Below are positions 55,016-64,000 of a stretch of DNA of 64,000 bases, in pieces. A program made the position numbers and the translations under genes. The DNA lies in NCBI GenBank assembly GCA_949290645.1, contig CASESG010000004.1, positions 74,821 through 138,820 on the forward strand. Reading direction: 5' to 3'. This stretch comes from an uncultured Bacillota bacterium. GTDB taxonomy: Bacteria; Bacillota_I; Bacilli_A; RFN20; CAG-288. Each line of letters starts with the position of its first letter. Within the stretch, counting starts at the first letter, position 1. The notes under the pieces were generated by a model. The model saw only the letters and a list, made by a program, of their open reading frames with translations, was not told where the DNA came from and searched no databases.

Positions 55016-56115
55016 GAAGACTCGTCTACTTTCAGGGTGGCGGTCCGACGGCAGTCATCAACTCTTCCTTCCTGGGTGTCCTCAACAAGGCAAGAGAGGA
55101 AAAGGCCCAGCTCTTCGTCTCCCGCCACGGGCTGAAAGGATTGATCGACGGAGAACTTCTCCCGATCGACCTCGACAAGGACTATTCCTTCCTTCAAAAG
55201 AGACCGGGTGCCTATTTCGGGTCGGCCCGCATCAGCCTCAAGAAGAATCCGGAATATCTGTCGCCCATCCTCAAGACCCTCGAAAGATATCAGATCGATG
55301 CCCTCCTTCCCAATGGTGGCAACGACACGATGGACAGCGCCTTGCGGCTCAAGAATGCCCTCTTCGAAACAAACATCCATGTCCTTGCCATCCCCAAGAC
55401 CGTCGACAACGACCTTGTCGGAACAGCAAGAACACCCGGATTCCTTTCGGCGGCCAAATATATCGCCCTCTCCACAAGCGCCATCCTCCAGGACGACCTG
55501 TCCTACGAAAAAGGGCGGATCAACATCATCGAGACCATGGGAAGAGACAACGGCTCCTTGGCCGCAAGTTCCCTTCTTTCCCCATTCCTGAAACCGGACT
55601 TGATCCTCGTCCCCGAAGTTCCTTTTTCCTTCGAGGAGATAAAGGGGAAAGCCCAGGAAATCTATGCCCGAAAGGCTCGATGCAACATCGTCCTTGCCGA
55701 AGGCATCAAGGATGAAGAAGGGAATCTCTACCAGGCCGTCAAGGAGAAAGACAGCTTCGGAAATCCACAGCTGGGCGGCATCGCTTCCCTTTTCGCCCGA
55801 AGGTTCCAGGAAGAAGGATTCAAGACCCGTGCCATCGAGCTCTCCATCCCGCAAAGAGCAGCCTTCTTCCTCCAATCAAAGGTCGATGCCCATGAGGCCA
55901 TGCTCTGCGGAGAGAAAGCCGTCCTCGAGAGCAAGGACAAGAGCGGATTCATGATCGGAATCGATTCCTCCGACGAAGACCTCCATTATCACCTCGAACC
56001 CTTGGAAAATGTCGCCTGCCATCTCAGAAGCCTCGACGGAAAATATCTCGACCGTAAGAGCCTCACCATCAAGGATTCCTTCCTCTCTGACTTTGAAGAC
56101 CTTGTGCTTTCGTAA
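55012..56115 (+). CDS. pfp: 6-phosphofructokinase family enzyme, predicted PPi-dependent
   Basis: GGGPTAVIN, NGGNDT, IPKTVDND and ETMGR motifs. The positions equivalent to E. coli PfkA Gly104 and Gly124 are Asp and Lys. ATGA overlap with the yfhO stop. Confidence 0.85.
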   Translation: MRRLVYFQGGGPTAVINSSFLGVLNKAREEKAQLFVSRHGLKGLIDGELLPIDLDKDYSFLQKRPGAYFGSARISLKKNPEYLSPILKTLERYQIDALLPNGGNDTMDSALRLKNALFETNIHVLAIPKTVDNDLVGTARTPGFLSAAKYIALSTSAILQDDLSYEKGRINIIETMGRDNGSLAASSLLSPFLKPDLILVPEVPFSFEEIKGKAQEIYARKARCNIVLAEGIKDEEGNLYQAVKEKDSFGNPQLGGIASLFARRFQEEGFKTRAIELSIPQRAAFFLQSKVDAHEAMLCGEKAVLESKDKSGFMIGIDSSDEDLHYHLEPLENVACHLRSLDGKYLDRKSLTIKDSFLSDFEDLVLS

Positions 56116-56264
56116 TCGGGCGAATCGACAAGTTTATTTCTCAAAGAAGATTGTCCATCAAAACAAGAGACTGGATTCAGCTGCGTTGGATTTTGTTCCG
56201 ATTGACGTATCTTTCTCTCGTTTTGTGATGTGATTTACGAGAAAAATATGAGACACGAGAGAAT

Positions 56265-56800
56265 TCAAGTACAGCAAATGAAAAGACAGGTCTTGGACAG
56301 GGACAATCCTGGATGCCCGATGGATTCATACGAAGTTTGACAAGCATAAGAAACTCTTGATTCGGGTTCTTTGTCCGCAAGACCGAATTCGGCCATGGCC
56401 ATGATGGCATCATCGCCATCTTCAGCCCCAAAGAACCGACGGAGGCTTTGGCGTATATCCGTTCCCAGGACTTCCAAAGCGTCGGTGGCACCATACTCAA
56501 AGGAAGTCACGATTGTCCCCCTTGGCATCCAACTTTCTTCTTCCGGGAATGATACCTCCGATCTCATCCAGAGTGCCTGCCGTTTTGATGCCGAAAATCT
56601 TCGTTCTGTCGCAAGAATACTCGACATCATAAAGATAGAAATGCCCGTCACTCATTCCGACGGTCTGCTCCTGGCCGACTTTTTTTAACCCATCCCGGCA
56701 GTTCGGCAGCCATGATCTGGTGCCTGTCTTATACGCATAATATTGATATGCATTTTTGACATGGCACCGACTTCCAAGTCGAAGCTTGAATGCTCAGAAG
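56265..56800 (-). pseudogene. Decayed ORF of unknown family (frameshifted, no start codon for the upstream part)
   Basis: One minus frame reads ..YYAYKTGTRSWLPNCRDGLKKVGQEQTVGMSDGHFYLYDVEYSCDRTKIFGIKTAGTLDEIGGIIP and then stops. A second frame continues ..TSFEYGATDALEVLGTDIRQSLRRFFGAEDGDDAIMAMAEFGL.. The region has lower GC than its flanks. Confidence 0.35.
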
Positions 56801-56991
56801 ATGACAGATTCTTAAAAAGGGCTGTTCATAACAATTGCGGAGGCTTCGGGTCAATGGTTCAACGTGCCTAGTCTATTTTCCGTAAATACATAATTTTAAG
56901 GCAAGGTCCATACAAAACCTTCTTTCCGTCTTTTTCCTCCTTTCCTCTCGGTTCATCCTTGGATGTTTCGCTTTCCTCTCTTTGAGAGAAC

Positions 56992-57025
56992 CAAAAAGCC
57001 GATGCGGCCATACGTCGCATCGGCT
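56992..57025 (-). terminator. Intrinsic terminator of groESL
   Basis: Minus strand reads AGCCGATGCG-ACGTATGGC-CGCATCGGCT (10-bp perfect stem) followed by TTTTTGG. Confidence 0.8.
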
Positions 57026-57053
57026 TGAAAGACTGGATCTGCGGAAGGAAGGA

Positions 57054-58682
<1,629 letters not shown>

Positions 58683-58701
58683 TTACCTCTTTTCCTCAAA
58701 C

Positions 58702-58983
58702 TTACTCAACAACAGCCAGGATGTCCTTATCCTGGATCAGCATGAACTTCTTTCCAGCTTCCTCATAATCGGTCGTGGAATACTTCTTATAAATGACTCG
58801 ATCACCGACCTTGGCCTGAACCTTGATCTCATGGCCTTCCTCGTTGGTGTAGCCGGGGCCGACAGCGATGACATTGGCAACTGCCGACTCGTTATCGTGG
58901 CTGGTCGCAATGATGATGCCACCGATTTTCTTCTCTTCCGGAACCTTCTCCAACACGACATAATCTCTTAAAGGCTTAATCAT
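58702..58983 (-). CDS. groS: Co-chaperonin GroES
   Basis: 93 aa. MIKPLRDYVVLEK..GGIII.. pattern. Lies 25 nt upstream of groEL. Confidence 0.96.
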   Translation of the reverse strand: MIKPLRDYVVLEKVPEEKKIGGIIIATSHDNESAVANVIAVGPGYTNEEGHEIKVQAKVGDRVIYKKYSTTDYEEAGKKFMLIQDKDILAVVE

Positions 58984-59025
58984 AAGTCACCTCCGCTTAG
59001 GGTCCGATTTGTTTGGACTGACATT

Positions 59026-59067
59026 ATTATAGCCCGAAAGTTAGCAATTTCAACATCGTAGTGCTAA
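59026..59067 (-). promoter_or_regulatory. groESL promoter with overlapping CIRCE (HrcA operator)
   Basis: TTAGCAATT-N9-TAGTGCTAA (59041-59067) matches the CIRCE consensus TTAGCACTC-N9-GAGTGCTAA at 15/18 positions. On the minus strand there is TATAAT at 59026-59031 and TTGAAA at 59048-59053 with a 16-nt spacer. Confidence 0.8.
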
Positions 59068-59223
59068 ATCTTTTTGAGAGCCGTCCGTCCTTCTGTGGAA
59101 GACAAGGGAGAAATACGCCATTTCATCGAGCTTTTCTTCAATCGAGTTGGCCTCATCAAGAACTTGAAATGCCGTATTTTTGATTTGAAATCATCATCGA
59201 TCTCTCTTCTTCCTGAGGGAATA

Positions 59224-60261
59224 TCAGCTGTTTGTCCTGACAGCGAAATCACGAACCGCACGGAAAGAAATCGGCAAGAGATCACAGAAGGCCTTCTTCG
59301 ATAAAATCTGCGCCTTGTAATATCGAGCCCCTCGTTCCAGGCCAAGCCTCTTGATCTTCCCGTCTTTCCCCATCGTTCCCAAGACCGCTTCGACTGTTGC
59401 CGGACTGACATCCAGGAGGATTTGGCAGGTCTCCGCCTTTTTGATCGGAACGATGCTGTTTGAAACCGCCCCTTTGATTCGAGCCGACTTGGTCACTCTC
59501 TTTCCATGGGCGATGGCAAAGCGTCGATTCAATTCCTTATCGCAAAGCACAGCGTGGTCAGGAAATATTCCATGAAGGGGAAGGAGTCGTTTTCGCTTCG
59601 CTCCCAGCCTTCGGATGACTTTTCCAAAGCCTCTTGATAGGAAGCTTTCGTGCGATTGATCTGTCCCTCGAAAGAAAGATGTTTTCCAAAATCGTAGCCG
59701 TTCTTGTAAAGCAGGGGCAGAGAAAGGAGACGAGACATCCTTCCGTTTCCATCACGGAAGGGGTGTTATGAAAAGGAAATCAAGGATCACGCAGGAAATG
59801 AGCAGGAGTTGGTTGATACCGGAATCGTTTCTTGCTTGCAGATACGCAAGTTCAAGCTGTTCCATCGCCTGCGGTGTCTCCTTTGCTGGCGTTGGGTGGA
59901 AACGGATGTGCCTTTGGCCATGCAAATCGACTTCCGGAATGGCATTGTCCTCTGTTTTGTACGGCCACCACATTCATATCCGGCAACGGACATCAATGTC
60001 TTGTTTGGCCAAAGAATGTCTCTCTCGGAATTCCGGATTTGGATATCCGACACGAATCGCATTCAAGGCATCTCGATATCCGTCGATTGCGGCTTCGCTG
60101 TGGTTCAAAGGAGCGCTGTTTTGATTCGCGATGGCTCGGATGCGCTCGTCGCTGGTGACAAATCCCTCAATTGCATTGGAGCCTTTGACGGATTGTACTT
60201 CGGTGATGGCTTCCAGTTCAGTATAGGCTTTCGCATATTCGACTTTCTGAATACGGGACAT
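59224..60261 (-). pseudogene. fic: Fic/DOC family protein gene broken by at least three frameshifts
   Basis: Colinear fragments lie in different frames: N-domain (..GSNAIEGFVTSDERI..), core (..YKTEDNAIPEVDLHGQRHIRFHPTPAKETPQAMEQLELAY..LLISCVILDFLFI), motif plus helix (HPFRDGNGRMSRLLSLPLLYKNGYDFGKHLSFEGQI..) and a wHTH tail (..LLDVSPATVEAVLGTMGKDGKIKRLG..). Confidence 0.8.
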
Positions 60262-60425
60262 TGTCTAAATGAAGCGATGGCAGAAGCCAGATTGACAAAA
60301 TTCGCTGGCAATAGTCCGCGTCCAAAGAAAGATTAATCTGCCCTATCTCCTGTGAAACTGCAGATATTAGACTTTCCCTTGCTTTTCTGCATCTTCCTCT
60401 AATCGATATATGCAATTCCGCAAAC

Positions 60426-60461
60426 AAAAAGGCCGCAACGCTCTGCTGTCTTGTTGCGGCC
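60426..60461 (-). terminator. Intrinsic terminator of the galM-psuG-SDR operon
   Basis: GGCCGCAAC (60431-60439) pairs with GTTGCGGCC (60453-60461), a 9-bp stem. On the minus strand the hairpin is followed by TTTTTGTTTG, 6 nt after the SDR stop. Confidence 0.75.
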
Positions 60462-60466
60462 TCTTC

Positions 60467-61222
60467 TTATTTCGTGCCGATCTCGGCAGATTTGTTGAGG
60501 ACCTTGGAAATGACCCTCTTGGGGACGAAGTGGGAGAAGAGATGGGCGAACTTCATCGTCCATCCCGGAACGATCTCCAGCTTTCCCTTGAGGAATCGAG
60601 GGATGGCGTAGGAAGCGACCTTTTCCGGAGAGAGGGACGAGATCGTGAAATGGGCGTTGGCTCTCTTCTCGAAGTTGGTCTTCACCGGGCCGGGGCAGAG
60701 GAGAGAGACCGTGACCGGACTCTTCTCGTCCTTCAGCTCGCGATAATATCCGTGGACAAGGTAGTAGACGAAGACCTTGGAAGCATAGTAGAGAGACATG
60801 TAGGGAGCCGGCCCGAAGCTTGCGGCCGATGCCACGAAAAGAAGTCGTCCCTTTCCCCTCTTTCGGAAGCGGAGGAGGAAGGTCTTTCCCAGAATCAAGG
60901 TTGCGATATCGTTGATCTCGACGATGTTGATTTCCTTGTCGAGGGAGGTCTCGTCCAAACGACCGATGTCCCCATATCCGGCATTGTTGAGGAACAGGTC
61001 GAAGTCCTGCCCTTCCGTCTCACGAAGAAGTTTCTCGCACTCTTCCCTCTTGCTGAGGTCATGGGAGAGGAAAAGGATCTCCCTCTCCGGATATTTCTTC
61101 CTCAGCTCCGGAAGAAGTCCCTCGGTCCGACTGACCGTCAGAAGGTCATAGCCTCTCTTGAGCAGCTCCTCGGACAGGGCATAGCCGATGCCAGAGGAAG
61201 CCCCGGTGATCAAGGCTCTCAT
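60467..61222 (-). CDS. Short-chain dehydrogenase/reductase (SDR)
   Basis: N-terminal TGASSGIG, NNAG, and YxxxK (YYASKVF). ATGA overlap with psuG. Confidence 0.9.
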   Translation of the reverse strand: MRALITGASSGIGYALSEELLKRGYDLLTVSRTEGLLPELRKKYPEREILFLSHDLSKREECEKLLRETEGQDFDLFLNNAGYGDIGRLDETSLDKEINIVEINDIATLILGKTFLLRFRKRGKGRLLFVASAASFGPAPYMSLYYASKVFVYYLVHGYYRELKDEKSPVTVSLLCPGPVKTNFEKRANAHFTISSLSPEKVASYAIPRFLKGKLEIVPGWTMKFAHLFSHFVPKRVISKVLNKSAEIGTK

Positions 61223-62124
61223 CGGCCGAGCTTCCAGAGCTCGACGGCGATCTCGCCGGCGACACGGGCGTTGTTCTTAATCAAGGCCATGTTGGTCTCC
61301 AGCGATTTTCCCTTGGTGATCCCGACCAGTTTGTCCAACAGGTAAGGAGTGACGGCCTTTCCGTGGATGCGGTCTTTCTCCATCATCGTAAGGGCCTCTT
61401 CGATGCTCTTCTCGACAAAGGCCGGATCGAGGGAATACTCCTCCGGAACCGGGTTCACGATCAAGGAGCCGGAGTTCAAGCCCAGGCTTTCCTGCAGATA
61501 GAGAAGCCGTGCGACATCCCTGGCATCCTTGCCGACGATGTCCAGAGGATAGGAAGAAGTCCTCGTGTAGAAGAGAGGAAGGTTGGACGTCTGATATCCG
61601 ATGACAGGGACGCCCTTGGTCTCGAGATACTCCATCGTGCGCGGGATGTCGAGGATGGCCTTGGGCCCGGCACAGACGACATGGACCGGCGTCTTGGAGA
61701 ATTCCTCCAAGTCGCTTGAGACATCCATCGTCTCCTCATAGCCACGATGGACACCGCCGATGCCGCCGGTGGCAAAGACCTTTATGCCGGCCAAGTGGGC
61801 CAGGATCATGGTCGCGGCGACGGTCGTCGAGCCGGTCTTCCCCTCGGCGATGCAATAGGGAATATCTTTTCTTGAGACCTTGATAGCAGTCGTGTTCTTT
61901 CCAAGTTCTTCAATCTCTTCTTTCGACAATCCAATCTTTATCTTTCCGTCCAAGATGCCGATGGTATAAGGATGGGCACCCGCCTTGCGAATCTCCTCTT
62001 CGCAAGCGAGGGCGCATTCGACGTTCTGCGGATAGGGCATCCCGTGTGTCAAGACGGTCGTCTCCAAGGCGACGGCCGGGCAAGAGGAAAGATTGGGGAG
62101 TGCCATTTTCTCCAAGATGTTCAT
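61219..62124 (-). CDS. psuG: Pseudouridine-5'-phosphate glycosidase
   Basis: ..VALETTVLTHGMPYPQN.., ..ATGGIGGVHRG.., ..DVSSDL.. blocks of the IndA/PsuG family. Start moved to ATG 62124 (AAGAGG RBS); the listed start at 62130 is TTG. Confidence 0.9.
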   Translation of the reverse strand: MNILEKMALPNLSSCPAVALETTVLTHGMPYPQNVECALACEEEIRKAGAHPYTIGILDGKIKIGLSKEEIEELGKNTTAIKVSRKDIPYCIAEGKTGSTTVAATMILAHLAGIKVFATGGIGGVHRGYEETMDVSSDLEEFSKTPVHVVCAGPKAILDIPRTMEYLETKGVPVIGYQTSNLPLFYTRTSSYPLDIVGKDARDVARLLYLQESLGLNSGSLIVNPVPEEYSLDPAFVEKSIEEALTMMEKDRIHGKAVTPYLLDKLVGITKGKSLETNMALIKNNARVAGEIAVELWKLGR

Positions 62125-62139
62125 TCTCAAAAGACCTCT

Positions 62140-63120
62140 TTATTTCGTCTTGATGTCGTAGCGAATCACGTGCTTGTAGATGCGTCCCGGGAGGACCAAT
62201 TTGCTGTCGGTCGGGAAGAGCTGCGGCTCGATGGCGATGGCTCTTCTCTTCTTGAGGCCTGGACGGTTGACGAATTCGACGTCCGTCATCGAGGTGTCGA
62301 CATAGACGTTGAGTCCGTTGTAGTCGGTTCGACATTCCAGGCGGAGATCCTTGTTCTCGAGGACGGCCTGCGGGTCTTCCTTCTCGACCGGATCGAAGCG
62401 GAAGGCGTGATCCAAGGTTCCGATTTCCGGAATCTTCTTTTCGATCATGTCCAGCTTCGTCTTGAGCAAGGAAGGCTTGCGGAAGTCGAGACAGGGAGGG
62501 ACGGGGGCTTCGTCGATGACAAGCTGCGTTCCCTTCTTGAAGACTCCATAGCGGCTGGCGCAGATCTGGAAGGTGTAATCGTCGACGTTCTCGCTGCCGA
62601 AGAAGTTCCAATAGATGTGGTTGGAGAGAGAGACCCAGGTCTCCTTCGAGGTGCGGAACTCCTGGGTGATGATCAGGGCGTTCTCGTTTCTGGGGATCGA
62701 ATAGGTGATCCGGACCTCCAAGGCACCCGGGAAGCCGCATTCGCCATCGGGAGAGAGATAGGCGAAAATGACGGAGTTCTCGTCCTTTCCGGGATAGGCC
62801 TCGCCCTTGAAGTTGCGGAAGGAGAGGGATTCCAGCTCTCCTCCGTGGAGGCAGATGTCGTTGCTGTCAGCAGGGAGCTTGTAGTCCTCGTCAAGGATGC
62901 GGATCGTCCCCGGGATACGGCCAGCGACTCTTCCCAAGGTCTTGCCGAAGAATTGGGGAGAGGAGAGATAGGTGTCGATCTCCTTCGGCTGAAGAATCAG
63001 AGGCTTTCCGTTGAGCGTGAGGGAATAGCAGCCCGCTCCGAGCGTGCTGAAAGTTCCTTCCAGCCCCTTGTCGTTGTGCAGCTTGAGGAAACCAGAAGTC
63101 AATTTCGTCTTATTGGACAT
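62140..63120 (-). CDS. galM: Aldose 1-epimerase (galactose mutarotase family)
   Basis: 326 aa. ..FFGKTLGRVAGRI.., ..LHGG.., and ..HIYWNF.. blocks typical of aldose epimerases. Confidence 0.85.
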   Translation of the reverse strand: MSNKTKLTSGFLKLHNDKGLEGTFSTLGAGCYSLTLNGKPLILQPKEIDTYLSSPQFFGKTLGRVAGRIPGTIRILDEDYKLPADSNDICLHGGELESLSFRNFKGEAYPGKDENSVIFAYLSPDGECGFPGALEVRITYSIPRNENALIITQEFRTSKETWVSLSNHIYWNFFGSENVDDYTFQICASRYGVFKKGTQLVIDEAPVPPCLDFRKPSLLKTKLDMIEKKIPEIGTLDHAFRFDPVEKEDPQAVLENKDLRLECRTDYNGLNVYVDTSMTDVEFVNRPGLKKRRAIAIEPQLFPTDSKLVLPGRIYKHVIRYDIKTK

Positions 63121-63159
63121 GTTCTTGTCCTCCTTTTGTTCAATCGAATGGGAAGGAGG

Positions 63160-64000
63160 TCACTTGGCCTGGGTGGCGTTTGCTTCGGGAGCCTTCAGCT
63201 TTCCGTCCTTGAAGGCCTTGTAGCGGAAGTCGAGATTGTCGGCGAAGAAGGAAGTGACGTTCTTGCGGAACTCTTCCGGCTTCTCTTTCATCTCGGTCTG
63301 GATGCGTTCGAAGGCCTTCTTCTGATCCTCGGTCCAATTGTTGGCCAAGGTCAGCTTGTTGTTGTCGAAGATGTCCTGGACCATGCAGACACCCTTCTTG
63401 GCATCGTCGTCGGCGACGAAGAAGGCAAAGCGAGTCTGGGTCTCGTCATCGTCATAGACGAACTGGCAGGTGAACTGGACCTTGTTGCCCTCCTTGTCGT
63501 TGAGGGTGACATGGGCCTTGGCCTTGCCCGAGAGAACCTTGGCGGCATCATCGACCGTCCGATAGGAAGGGAGGAGACGATTGGCCAAGAGCTCGGACAT
63601 CATGGAAACACGGCTGCGGATGTGCTCGTCCCTGGAGATGAGAAGCCTCAGGTTCTTGCTGTCTGGAGTGACCGTGAAGAGATACTGGGCAGGGAAGGAG
63701 AGACCAGCGAGGTTGACGAAGAAAATCTTGGACTTGTAGTCGAAGTAGCGATAGATTTCGTACATCGTGATGTCGCGGCCCGTAGAGGAGCGAAGCTTGA
63801 TCTCGACCGGCTTGTCTTCGCTGCGGTTCTCGACGATGATCTGGTATTCATAAGATTCTTCGATGGCGGGAGGGACAAGCTTCATCGTCGGCTTGATGTC
63901 CCTGTTGAAATGAGCCGTGAGATTGGCCGCTTCCTGAACGGATTTCTCATCGAGGACATTTCCCTCGGCATCGACGTGGAAGACGCGGAAGATGAGGTTG
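63160..64000 (-). CDS. Hypothetical protein; 5' end lies outside the window
   Basis: The frame remains open from 63885 to the window edge (..NLIFRVFHVDAEGNVLDEKSVQEAANLTAHFNRDIKPTMKLVPP..), so the listed 241-aa ORF is a lower bound. No family recognised. Confidence 0.6.
   Translation of the reverse strand, partial: NLIFRVFHVDAEGNVLDEKSVQEAANLTAHFNRDIKPTMKLVPPAIEESYEYQIIVENRSEDKPVEIKLRSSTGRDITMYEIYRYFDYKSKIFFVNLAGLSFPAQYLFTVTPDSKNLRLLISRDEHIRSRVSMMSELLANRLLPSYRTVDDAAKVLSGKAKAHVTLNDKEGNKVQFTCQFVYDDDETQTRFAFFVADDDAKKGVCMVQDIFDNNKLTLANNWTEDQKKAFERIQTEMKEKPEEFRKNVTSFFADNLDFRYKAFKDGKLKAPEANATQAK

Overview
64-kb chromosomal segment, roughly 50-55% GC by eye, using the standard genetic code (TGA is a stop; ATGA/TGATG start-stop overlaps are common). 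I found no rRNA, tRNA or CRISPR array. The protein style suggests a monoderm, Mollicutes/Acholeplasma/Erysipelotrichia-like Bacillota lineage, probably host-associated; this is inference only. The supporting traits are: many lipobox lipoproteins with Ser/Thr-rich tethers, a MalK-type ABC ATPase with a large internal insertion, FtsH with long terminal extensions, a predicted PPi-dependent phosphofructokinase, and CIRCE-controlled groESL. Gene order: two low-GC DUF4143-type AAA ATPases; a sugar ABC importer (SBP, two permeases, ATPase) divergent from a GH43 lipoprotein; a Zn-ribbon plus two split RDD-like membrane proteins; S41 peptidase; uvrB followed by a uvrB relic; a GH2 giant glycosidase plus a BIG2/discoidin lipoprotein; mnmE-tatD-rnmV-rsmA; a five-gene paralogous lipoprotein locus of unknown function (27.5-37.4 kb), which is my best candidate for an undescribed system; two transposase relics; eno; ftsH; an IS3-OrfA-like HTH protein; lemA; tsaC; rpiB; vsr plus Nudix; feoAB; a Wzy/O-antigen-ligase-like protein divergent from a giant YfhO coupled to pfp; a decayed ORF; groESL; a frameshifted fic pseudogene; and SDR-psuG-galM plus an unknown gene that runs off the window. 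Core genes avoid TTA/CTA/TCA codons so strongly that multi-kb stop-free antisense frames appear. I reject all of these as genes.
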